A program made the translations under genes and the position numbers. 64,000 nucleotides of DNA from Haliotis cracherodii. Its lineage: Eukaryota. Positions within the stretch are counted from its first letter, which is position 1, and every line of letters starts with the position of its first letter. The DNA lies in contig NW_027266319.1 of assembly GCF_022045235.1 (NCBI RefSeq), forward strand, positions 41,044,001 through 41,108,000. Reading direction: 5' to 3'. Of this stretch, positions 52,659 through 64,000 are shown piece by piece. The notes under the pieces are model-generated. The model made no database searches and was not told the DNA's origin. It saw only the letters and a program-made list of their open reading frames with translations.

Positions 52659-53206
52659 GTACATGCCCCCAACGGATACCGTATTTATCTGTCCAGGACC
52701 CCAAGGGATACTGCATTTATCCGTACACGTCCCAAATGGATACCGCATTTATCCGTATATGACCCAAAGGGATACCGTATTTATCCGTATATGACCCAAA
52801 GGGATACCGTATTTTTATCCGTATATGACCCCAAAGGATACCGTATTTATCCGTTTGCTTTATCCTGCCGTGAAACCTACCCTTAATATAATATATACCA
52901 ATATTTTAAACCGTATTCATCCGTACATGCCCCCAACGGATACCGTATTCATCCGTACATGCCCCCAACGGATACCGTATTTATCTGTCCAGGACCCCAA
53001 GGGATACTGCATTTATCCGTACACGTCCCAAATGGATACCGCATTTATCCGTATAAGAGCCAAAGGGATACCGTATTTATCCGTATATGACCCAAAGGGA
53101 TACCGTATTTTTATCCGTATATGACCCCAAAGGATACCGTATTTATCCGTTTGCTTTATCCTGCCGTGAAACCTACCCTTAACATAATATATACCAATAT
53201 TTTAAA
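52659..53206. repeat. ~31-bp tandem repeat, right half, with a ~250-290-bp higher-order duplication
   Basis: Block ending gtttgctttatcctgccgtgaaacctacccttaa...ccaatattttaaa occurs twice (ends near 52910 and 53206). Confidence 0.9.
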
Positions 53207-53719
53207 CATCTGATAAAAAATTCGTAATACACAAATTATAGCAAGGAAGACATTCATTTAAAACAGCAGCATTTACAAGTGTTTTTCCAATACCAAGAAC
53301 ATATTTTAAATTTCTTTTATGGAAATGTTCCAAAACATCCCATTTATGCTAACCCTATATCTCAGAGCAGTGTAATAGAATAGGTTCTATTTGGCAGAAT
53401 TTCAGCAGAAAGACATTCGGCAAAAAATCGTGGTGCAAGATATTTCAGTTTCTACCGCAACTCTTACATGGGAGGAAGTGCCTTTTCTGACTTGACATAA
53501 ACAAGCCTTGACTTTGAGCATACAAGTCTATTTGTAGAGATAATACCCAAGAAACTGTAATTGGTTGAATTTTTTGAAAACCTCAATTCCGTTTTCTTAA
53601 TTATTACGGAAAGCCCGAAAATCCATTTGATCAAAATTAATTTTCATGCCCCACTTAGTTTGACCAGGTTAAACATGCATCAAAGTTAGTTATCAAGAAT
53701 GCATTGGACTCGATTCCAA

Positions 53720-54215
53720 GAGTGTCTGGGTTTATATATGCCTTGTATCCAGAATATGTCTGTTTTGTATAAGAAAGTGTCTGACACGAACCCAAAATAT
53801 GTTGGTCTTGAATCCAGAATGTTTCAGACTTGTGTCTTACTCGTACCCAGAAAGTGCCTGAATGTGTCTGATACGAATATGTCTGTATTGTATCCATGAT
53901 GTGTCTGACACGAACCCAGAATATGTCTGTATTGTATCCATGATGTGTCTGACACGAACCCAGAATATGTCTGTCTTGTATCCATGATGTGTCTGACACG
54001 AACCCAGAATGTGTCTGTATTGTATCCATGATGTGTCTGACACGAACCCAGAATATGTCTGTCTTGTATCCATGATGTGTCTGACTCGTAGCCATGATGT
54101 GCCTGACTCGTATCCGGGATGTTTCTGACTTGTCTGACTCGTATCCATAGTATGTCTGACATGTACCCAGAATGTGCCTGAATGTAACTGACCCGTAACC
54201 AGAATATGTCTGTCT
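53720..54215. repeat. 44-bp (2 x 22 bp) minisatellite
   Basis: gtgtctgacacgaacccagaat + atgtctgt(a/c)ttgtatccatgat; period 44 at 53901, 53945, 53989. Confidence 0.9.
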
Positions 54216-54950
54216 TTTATCTCGAGCTTCACGACACTAGTTTCAAATTTCGGCTTCCATTCCAGATACACTTTGAAATATGTGTTGACAAGTTGCCGAT
54301 TCAACATTTGAAAACTGAACAAAAGAAAAGTCAGTAATGTCTAATGGATGGGTGGGATTGTATGGCAGTACTCCTACTGGCTAAGGAAGGTATCTTGCAT
54401 TTCAAATGTTTATCCCATTGAAACGAACGATAAACGATGTCTAGCAATCGGAATCGGTCGTACAGTCCGCAACTGTCGTTCTACAGTTATATAGTATAGT
54501 ATAGTATAGTGTACAGAATACACAGTCGGACTTTTACTTCGATTACCGCTCTGATTTGTGGGATAAAAGACCGTTATGACAGGACCTGTTATGGAAAGTC
54601 CTCAGATCTCTGTGTAGCGGTAGCGAGCACTATGACCTAAGTTTAATAAGATTGATGAATGATTTATTCATATACTCCATAATACAGATCAACAGCCATG
54701 CTGCATTGTAGCCGTATCTTTTGCAGTCTGTGCTGCAAAAGTGGTACCCTTAAACAAGGTACAAACTTGACTCCCATTGGTGATTTCACGTGAGTCTTAT
54801 ATGTTATTGGAAAATGTTGGTCGCCTGATATTCTACAAGCGGTGCGTCCAAACGCAACCATTGTCGATTTGGAAGGTCTTAAACGGCATTGTTTTCACAC
54901 TTAAAAAATGTCATGGAGGTAAACAGTAGAGCTAAATATATCCTACACCA

Positions 54951-55546
54951 CAAGATCTGACTTGGTTGTGGTTCAGGGAAATTTGACAGCAAATCTTCAA
55001 CCTCACCTTCTTCCAATCATTGACTGCCAGAGGGAGCCGTTTCAACAGGACAACGCTTCCCGGCACACAGCTCGTGTCACGGTAGACTACCTCAATAATG
55101 CTATATCAACGTCTTGCCCTGGCCGTCCAGATTTCCAGATCTCAACCCAATCGAACACCTCTGGGATGAACTCGATCGACGTGTACGTCAACGTTTGAAC
55201 TCGCGGCAGACACTCCCATAATTGTCAACGCGTTACAAGCAAAATTGCGTGGAATTTCGCAGGACAGAATTCGTACACTTATCCAGTTAGTGCCGAGGAG
55301 ATGCAGAGCCGTGATTGCTGCCCGGGGCAGTCACAAGAGATACTCAGCTCAGCGCCACCTTGAGGCCTTATGTGACATGACAATGAACAGAATATAATGC
55401 CTTTGTACAACGACAACATGTGACTATCGATCTCCAAAATTTCATATTTGTATCTATGATATTAAAATAAAATAGATCGACTTTATTAGGTACAATATTT
55501 TTTTTCTAAAAATCTACCTCTGCGTTTCTTGTTTTGAAGAGTGTAC
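54951..55546 (+). mobile_element. 3' part of a Tc1 transposon
   Basis: FQQDNASRHTARVTVDYL, frameshift, [27 protein letters not shown] (second D and the E of the DD34E triad). Confidence 0.85.
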
Positions 55547-56289
55547 ATCAATAATGAGATCCATTCTTCTACAAGAGCACTTCAAACTTAATTCTTATAA
55601 ACACTACAATACAAACACATACAGGTTTTGTCACTCTGTGGTGTAATTCCTGTGCTTATTAATATACAAATAGTTGATTTATCATAATATATCAACAGAC
55701 GAAAGTGTCATATGTATTCAACATTCCTGTGCCATGTCCACAAGCAGCAAAGAATTCACTATGCATAGCAGCTCTCGAATTATTCAACGTGCCTACGTCA
55801 CCTATCAGTAGCTGGTCTTAATCGAGGTATTCCTGATTACAATCAACATAAAGCGAATATATTCTATTCAAAGGCTGAGGCTAGTCANNNNNNNNNNNNN
55901 NNNNNNNNNNNNNNNNNNNNNNNNNNNNNNNNNNNNNNNNNNNNNNNNNNNNNNNNNNNNNNNNNNNNNNNNNNNNNNNNNNNNNNNNNNNNNNNNNNNN
56001 NNNNNNNNNNNNNNNNNNNNNNNNNNNNNNNNNNNNNNNNNNNNNNNNNNNNNNNNNNNNNNNNNNNNGTGTGACATGACTGCTCCCGACCAACCAATAG
56101 AAAAGACGCATGTGAGACCTATCAAATAAAAGTCTTGTTTCCAGGGAAGTCCTCGACTTAGTAACTCTGTAAACATGTTCAATAAACAATACAGACGCTG
56201 CGGAGGTTGATCTGTGGCAGCGTGTTGGAGGGTGTCAGAAGCACTTGCTCCGGAGTATCGACCGTAACGTTTCATTTTCAGCTGTGAAA

Positions 56290-58182
56290 ATGGCTGAAGT
56301 TGATATGCACAACCGAGATCCCAACAACATCAATGACCATTTGAAGGTAAGCTGTCTCAAGTTCTATTATACATGTATATTAAAACATAAATGTGAATAT
56401 GAAATTATAAAATTCCTACCACCTTGGTGGGTAAGCTGTCCCATATATGAATATGTGATGATCTTGTAATAGACAAGTATGATATCTTAACATCAGGTAG
56501 ACAAGCACAATGTAGAATGTGAATGGCTATAAAATATAAAATGTTTTCTTTTGACATTATAATCGTAGATGAAATACGAGAAGGAAAGCCTCATCTCCTG
56601 TTAAAACTGTCCAATAGAGCACTACGTGTACCCGAAGACGTTTCCATCAATTGCCAAGAACTGAGACTGATGGCATTAAATCAATACGATCAATTTGTAA
56701 ATTTGACAACAATTGAAGCGTGCAATGTGAATCGTCTTTGTATAAAGGCCGACTATCAATGTGTACAATTTACTCATCACGCTTGATGGTTACGAATGCA
56801 ACACAATGCTGTTGATAGGGTTACCATACACACACCAATACAACCAATTAAGTCGTAGGTTTAATACTCCGCTCCTTTAAAACACAACAAAAAATATATG
56901 ATGTCAACACTGAACCATCCCAATACCTACAGATATTTAGGTCCAAATATTTGGATGTACACGTATAGTATTATTATACATCAGGCTGCTGTTGTGAGAC
57001 TCCGTGATCTAGTGGTAGAGTGTCCACCCGGAGAGCGAAAGGTCCTGTGTTCGATCCCCGGTCGCGTCATACATGTACCAGAGACGTTAAAATGCGGTAC
57101 TTGTTGTTACCTTGCCTGGCGCTCGGAATTAAAGGGCTAAAACAATGACTGGTCGGCTCGGTGTCAGTATACTGTGTCTAAGTAGGGTATTGCGGTAGGG
57201 TATCTCAGTTGGCAATCACTATAAAACCGGCATTAGTCCGGACTAGTACAAGCAGACACATACGCACGTGCATGCACGTCGCTATTTAAGCTATTTTACA
57301 TATCTTCAACGCTTTACGGCAAGCATGGGTCAAGTAATATAGGCATTTTTTAGGCATGTATAGGCCTTGCATAGTTCAAAACATGCATATATTTTTATAT
57401 GTATTTGAATACTATTTCATATCCTTTATACAGATATGACCTTCCATGCTATACTGTAGTTATGGTTCTAATATGCAGTCCAATTTATTGTTACTTTTGA
57501 GACTTCATAACTGACACAATTCTGTGTAAAGTCCCAAACATGAAATCGTCATCACCATTCCGTGCTTGTTTAATTAAAACTCCTGACGAGTGTTTTAAGT
57601 AAACTTATCAATGAGCAAGTCTTCTGTCTCAACTATCAATCTTTATGTAGATTTCAAAACAGAAGTACGCAATATACTAGTAGACATACGAACATGTGAC
57701 TATTTTAACTGTGTATTTGGAACTATTTAGTAATAGTTGATAGTTACGATGCAGTGATATTCCGAACACAAAAGGCGAACTCTTCCAGAGCTCTAAGCTC
57801 AGCTACATCCATTTCCTGACTTGCTTGATACATCACATGCATTACAATCCAACAGGTCCAGTTTGAGGATGTCTTGGCGGAGCCCGAAGGTGCACACAGC
57901 ATTGACTGCTGCTGGAAGTTTACCAACACATGCTTCAACTGCGCCTTCAAATGCTGCTACATGTTGATGACCCTGTGTGGACCTATCTACGGTCTCTGCT
58001 ATGGTTGGCAGTATGCCATGCTTGCCTGTGCTCACATTTGGCAGTACACACCACAGATCAAAGCTTGCGAGATCGACTGCATCATGTTCAGGAAAATATA
58101 CACCATCTGCCTCAACTGCTGCCTGACGCCATTCTGCGAGTCCTGCGGTGCCTTCTTCAGCAGGATACAAGTCAAACAGTAA
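56290..58182 (+). CDS. CAV: Caveolin, locus 12, 127 aa; exons 56290-56346 and 57856-58182
   Basis: MAEVDMHNRDPNNINDHLK|GTAAG...CCAACAG|VQFEDVLAEP...FSRIQVKQ*. Confidence 0.95.
56995..57320 (+). mobile_element. SINE family C in the locus 12 intron
   Basis: tgatctagtggtagag A-box, gttcgatccc B-box, central agacgttaaaatgcggtacttgttgttaccttgcctggcgctcgg. Confidence 0.7.
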
Positions 58183-60399
58183 CAATAATGTCTGCAACTG
58201 TCCTGATATACTAGCACAAGATTTGGAATACTGTTACAGTATATTCGGATTTTTCCATTGATTTGTAAAAAGACTTTAAAAAAGCACTCACGCGTGTTAC
58301 TTCACACGTCAGGGCCAAAGTAATAACTACCACGGGATGCAGCCACTTTGCAGGAGCATTAACCCATGGAGCTGTTTGACAAAATATTTATCCATAATTT
58401 CATTTTGGGGGTCGAGATTATGTTAATATTTTCTATGGAAAAATCAGGTGACACAATTTTCGCTTTGTTCGTCTGTGTCAAGATACTGTCTTAATATAAG
58501 ACCTGGACATAAACCTGCACATAAACACTCAACTAACACATGGCTGTGATAAACAGTATTTACAACAAACGTTGTATGTTATAAAGAGAATAAACAAGAT
58601 GTACAGTCTAATACGTCGTTGTCATAATAATCACAATATCGACACCGAAAACTTCATCAAAAGGAATTGTGTTTTAGATCACAACAAATTAAATGTTGAC
58701 TTATGTTGCAGTCATCTATGTAACCATAATTTGTTATTATTGTCTTAACCAGACAGACCATTGTTTTATAGCATATATGACGACGCAGCACATTTTAACA
58801 ACCGTAGGAACACCAGTAGATATAAACATAAATTCAAAAACAGACCTAAACTCGACCAGTAGTCATGCCCATGCATTTGGTCTAATGAGTGTGAATGAGT
58901 TACATTTAAGTGAATATCATTTAAAAAGATATTCTGTCATCAGTGTGATCACTTGTCATATATCACAGATGAACTTAAGACTAGTTGGAGACTATTAGCA
59001 AAGGTTAAAAAATAATCTGGCTAGAGATCACCAGCAACCTCAGATAGGCCACCATCCTCAGACCTGGGGACTTGAGATACCTTTGCTACCTACATTGTAC
59101 CCCACCAGGATTTACACCATGCCCCTAACTACAGGAGGTTGCTTTAATTAAATTAAAATCAAGACGTTTACTACGATTAAAACTATGTAGGAAAACATAC
59201 CGTTGGTCAAATGTATCGCCTACAGTGAGACCTCGTTAGACTGGAGTTCGGAAACCATTCCTTCCGACCAATATATAAGGGATATATATTACAACGGACA
59301 ATATTCTAAACCATGATTTGTTAATCAGGACAATCAACTTAAACTGCCCGGATTAAACTTTTTTTAAGTGTGCCTGTCATTTCCATAAATAATTTCAAAG
59401 ATATTTAGACTTTATTCTCGTATTTAAAACAGTAATTATCTAAATCTGGCTCAGATACCTGCAGTACATATTAGACATAAAATCCACATATGTATGAAAG
59501 AAGTGAAATGCTGGTTAGAAAGGAGGGTAGCAGCCTTATATTTAGAATGGTAAACACTGTTGCTATGTGAGGTAAGCTAAAGCATCGCACACCCTCTACA
59601 CACACCAATACCGGAACCTGGCTTGGTCTACTTACTTACTTGTCATGCACAATTTGGTGAGACATGCATACCTTTATTTGACGCTTTGGGCTTACCCTAA
59701 CATCGAGTACATGAAGCGCCAGCTGAACTGACTCCATTGTGCGATCTTTATGACTGACCTTACTTCTGAAACCCACCCAGGTGAACATTCAGAGCAATCA
59801 AATTACATTCTCTCTTTTCACCTCCAGTTGAGAAACAGCCAACTCTTTTCTTAAACACATGTGTGTATTAGTAGAAAAGGAATTCAAGTGAGTATCGAAA
59901 CTAACGGCTTAGATTTACACCGCCACCACAATAGACGCACCCGTAGAGTCACTATCTGCTATTCACCGAAACAGCACCACAGTGGTGACAGTGAATGATT
60001 TTCGCTGGAGTAGGAAATCGTTAAATGGTCGTCAAGGGTACGCTAACAAACATAGTACTCCAGAGGACGGCGACACAGTGAAGCCACTTGTGCATGCTAG
60101 TCTTACTCTGTGAATCTGACGTTTTTGCTAAAATTAATTACATGGCCCTATCCGACCAATAGAAAACGGTTTCGTTGTGTGCGCACGTGCACCGATTGGT
60201 ATCTTAACGGTCGATGGAATTATAACTGTATGACGGGTTTCCGCTCTGAAATAGCATTGCCAAGCGGGAAAACAACCCTGTTACTAAGTAAACATATACT
60301 TAATAAAGAACAGAGAGGCCAACTGCCACTTTGTCTGCAAGAGCATCTTGCCCAGCATCATAACTCGTTGCGCCAAGTTCACCTGGTACCTTAGCAAAA

Positions 60400-62784
60400 A
60401 TGGACGAAATTGATATGGAGAACCGAGATCCCAACAACATCAACGACCATTTAAAGGTAAGAAAATAACCTGTTATCTTCAGTTAGGATATTTAAAATGT
60501 TGACTTTATAATCGGATTGTACTGGCAAACTGAAAACATCCTGACCAGATCCAATATTGGAAGAAGACAAATCAGATGTGAGAAACGTACGATGATTTAA
60601 CATTTTAAAGAACACGTCAAAGAAAGTTGATTCAGGTGTATCGTAGCACAGAGAAAATATTTCCAATTGAAAAAAACCCCAGCCAATTATGATTCTAATT
60701 TTTGAATTAATGAAAAGAAAATTTATAACTGACAACAAGCCAAGTAAGTGCAATTGTTGAATTAAAGATATACTTAAGAAGACAACTCTTTATCTTTCTC
60801 TTCTCTTGAAGACAGAAACATTATTGATCATTCACGGTTCCAACATCCGACAGAACATCTGGAGGTGTTGCTGTTATGATATGTTTGCAATTGACGACGC
60901 GATTCTTGATGCATGACAACAATCACCAAGCAACCAACAGTCACACACATTGTTCTTGTGGTCATAAACTAAACAACCGTAGGCTTTGGCAAAATATCTT
61001 TCATTCGTTATAGGAAATCAACTTTTCAGCTACTCCTGAGAGATAATTAAATGTTACAAACACATTTCTATCATAATAATGCGTTCATACAATGAAGCAA
61101 AGAGTGCATATTAATGGCTTATAAAAAATCTAGTCTATATTGATTTGTAGATTGATTGATTAAGGGTGAAGGTTGTGGTTGTTTTATTTTACTGGGTTGG
61201 TTTAGAAAAACAACGTGATAGACATAAATGTCTGCAGCTAGTAATAAGATACACCAATTAAAGAGAAACAAAGCATGTATATTAACAATTTAATGTTCTG
61301 CTGCAAACCTTCTTTTAGAAGATGTCATTAATCAAAATGTGTAGGCTTAGATGTCATTTGTAACCTGAAGCATTTTCGATTCTCAGCGTCATCCCCGAGG
61401 AACATCATAAAAACGATAATTATTCACCCGGGGGTGCACACAGTGGCATCCTTCGTTCAGTTCTAATCCCAAGGATTCTGGTCCCTTTTCATCATGATTA
61501 TGATTCGTGGTTTTCAGAACTGATCCGGGGTGAACAATTATTAAGAAATAAACGACGAGTTCAGCATAAGCATTTTGTCAACATATTTACAGAGGCTGTA
61601 CATAATGTTGATATCTCATATGAGCAATAATGGTCGTTTTTATCGTACAAAACACTGACGGGATGTATTCTACCTTCAGGGTATTATATAAGGTAACAAC
61701 TCCCACTCGTCGTTTATTTCTTAAAGTATGAAACTCTTTTGGTACAATTCTATTCACTTAGACTGTTCACGAAATAGTGATCGTTTTCGTATCGGATAAC
61801 CACATACAGACCATAGTCTGTACAACACAATGTACATTTATAACAATATGGGATGGGGGTGAGCCTTTTGCTGTCCTCAAAATGTTTTGGACAAAATAAT
61901 TTGCTCTCAGGTTTCACCCCCAAATATAAAATCACTGGAGACTGGACTTGTTGGATGTTCTGAAATATACAGTGTTGTCGTTCCCATAAATATACACACG
62001 TACCGGAAAGTATACTTCTAAGAAGATTTATCGTACGAAGGTTTATGGTGTAAAACTGCTACGATTTGTCGTGCGAAGGTTTCTGGAATATAACTGCTGA
62101 GATTTGTCATGCGAAAATTTCTGGAATATCTCTGCTAAGATTTGTCATGCGGAGGTTTATGGAATATCTCTACTAAGATTTGTCATGCGAAGGTTTATGG
62201 AATATCTCTGCTAAGATTTGTCATGCGAAGGTTTCAATGAACTATTTGAAAGCAGATGTCCTTGCTATTCATGCGTCAACATCTTCCGATGTTCCTTGTG
62301 ATTGTGTTCACTCACCAAAGACTTGTAGTGAAATGTGTAAAAGAATACCTGGTGATTTGTTACGGTCAATTATGTCCGTAAAGTCTAAATATATGAACAT
62401 GAAATAAATCCTAAGGCTATGTGGTATTTTTAACATGACGCCCTTTATTCGTTACAGGTCCAGTTCGAAGACATCTTGGCGGAGCCCGCAGGTGCACACA
62501 GCATTGACTGCTGCTGGAAGTTTACCAACACATGCTTCAACTGCGCCTTCAAATGCTGCTACATGTTGATGACCCTGTGTGGACCTATCTACGGTCTCTG
62601 CTATGGTTGGCAGTACGCCATGCTTGCTTGTTCTCACATTTGGCAGTACACGCCACAGATCAGAGCTTGCGAAATCAACTGCATCATGTTCAGGAAAATA
62701 TACACCATCTGCCTCAACTGCTGCCTGACGCCATTCTGCGAGTCCTGCGGTGCCTTCTTCAGCAGGATACAAGTCAAACAGTAA
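60400..62784 (+). CDS. CAV: Caveolin, locus 13, 127 aa; exons 60400-60456 and 62458-62784
   Basis: MDEIDMENRDPNNINDHLK|GTAAG...GTTACAG|VQFEDILAEPAGAHSIDCCWK...FSRIQVKQ*; AATAAA at 63191. Confidence 0.95.
61541..61724. mobile_element. 184-bp MITE-like element in the locus 13 intron
   Basis: Perfect 20-bp TIR ttaagaaataaacgacgagt / actcgtcgtttatttcttaa. Confidence 0.75.
62024..62235. repeat. 38-bp minisatellite, about 5.5 copies, locus 13 intron
   Basis: agatttgtcatgcgaaggtttatggaatatctctgcta; period 38. Confidence 0.9.
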
Positions 62785-63156
62785 CTCAGCGACAACCTAT
62801 AACCCTCCTGATATTCCTACAGAACTTTCCCCCAACTTTGGAAAATGTTGTGTTCTTGTCTGCCCTCCAGAACAATCACGAGGTCTGCTCGTTGACTTTT
62901 TCGGCATCAAGCAGCGTCACGCGTATTTACAGTGCAATTGGGTATACCCTAGTCAAAAGAAATGTGTCAGTTCTTTCGTCTTGATCTTTACCTTCTTAAC
63001 CCGGGTTTGCCTCCATGTCGTCTTGGAAGTCGAGGAATCTGTAAATATTTCTCCTGTCAAGGAAACAAGGGACACAACTCGTGTGTTCCTGTTCCTGTGT
63101 TCGTGAAAAAGGGACTTGATCTCGACACACTGCATTAGAACAACAAAGTATTACGT

Positions 63157-63196
63157 TGTACATATTCGTATTCTCCGCGTTTCTGTGATCAATAAA
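63157..63196 (+). terminator. 3'-end module TGTACATA...AATAAA, locus 13
   Basis: gatcaataaaccgtcttttata is identical to locus 2 although the UTRs are otherwise diverged. Confidence 0.65.
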
Positions 63197-63559
63197 CCGT
63201 CTTTTATACAATGAAGTGTTTATCATACCCGTGTTGTAATATACTTGGAGATCATGGCTGTGGCTGAGTGAGTGAGTGGTCGTGATTATGGTTTTACGTC
63301 GCTTTTAGCAGTACTCTTGGGTTATATGGCTGTCGACAGGGGCTTCACACATTGTGAATATGATCAATTTCATGAATGATTGCAGATATATGAGGAATGG
63401 TTGCAGTAATAAGATGCCTGACTGCACAATATGATTGGAATGACATCACCAAAAGGCCGATGAGCGTGAAGTGATATTTGCATTAGGGCACATACGATTA
63501 TTATGAACTTAGTTGTTGTTATGTGGTGAGGTGAAATGGGGTTAACGTCACGATTATTG

Positions 63560-63845
63560 CACGTTTATAGCGACGTGCGTGCTCGTGTGTGTGTGGCTGC
63601 TTGTACTAGTCCGGACTAATGGCGGTTTTATAGTGTTAGCCCACTAAGATACCATGCCGCATGTTTAACCTGAATACCCCACTCAGACACTAATTCCGAG
63701 TTTTATCTTCTAAAAATGCCGAGCGCCAGGTTGGGTAACAACAAGTACCATCTTTTAACGTCCTTTGGTATGACGCGGTCAGGGATCAAACCCAAGACCT
63801 TCCGTCCGGGCAGACACCGTATCCACTCGACCACGGAGGCGGTCT
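63560..63845 (-). mobile_element. SINE family C
   Basis: gcttgtactagtccggactaat...gtaacaacaagtaccatctttt as at 49680-49860. Confidence 0.7.
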
Positions 63846-64000
63846 ACATATTTCTATCCCCATAGGTAATAATTACAATAAACGTTTTGATTTAGACACG
63901 TCGAAGAGCCATTGCAACATGGGGGCAATAACAAATACATTCTCCAGGAGTGGGGGCGTAGTTGAGTGATTATAGCATTGGCTCGAAATGCCATGTTAAA

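Noticed and set aside
50908-53206. ~31-bp repeats resembling a CRISPR array
   Set aside because: Units are contiguous with no unique spacers, there are no cas genes, and the context is eukaryotic.
731-62784. A single gene with alternative cassette exons (protocadherin/Dscam-like)
   Set aside because: Exon 1 and exon 2 alternate strictly, and each pair has its own upstream promoter region and stop codon. Cross-locus splicing is frame-compatible (all introns phase 0) but cannot be shown from DNA.
731-62784. Eleven intact genes matching the 11-mer stoichiometry of the CAV1 8S complex
   Set aside because: Coincidence; the window edges are arbitrary and the array may be larger.

Overview
AT-rich, repeat-rich animal genomic DNA from a draft scaffold with six N-gaps. 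The SINE, Tc1, Penelope and Crypton-like repeats suggest a mollusc, possibly abalone (inference from recalled repeat families). The window is a head-to-tail tandem array of 13 two-exon caveolin loci, all on the + strand. Eleven are intact (127-134 aa, about 15% Cys in exon 2): one divergent gene (cav-A, 731-3548) and ten near-identical paralogues. Two carry the same ~255-nt deletion in exon 2. Every locus has a 57-78 nt exon 1 ending ...NRDPNNINDHLK (or a variant), a phase-0 GT-AG intron, and an exon 2 starting with the caveolin signature (V-x-FEDV[LI][AG]EPEG). Main observations: exon-restricted mosaic homogenisation between paralogues; an E-box-N11-CCAAT promoter module kept at fixed spacing in 11 promoters; a TGTA[C/T]ATA + AATAAA 3'UTR module; two short open 'mini-caveolin' ORFs; chimeric loci; a minimal hammerhead-ribozyme-like motif; a 57-bp perfect fold-back in a Tc1 remnant; and a Crypton-like hairpin element inserted cleanly into a 31-bp satellite. 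All coordinates were read by eye; no alignments or database searches were run.
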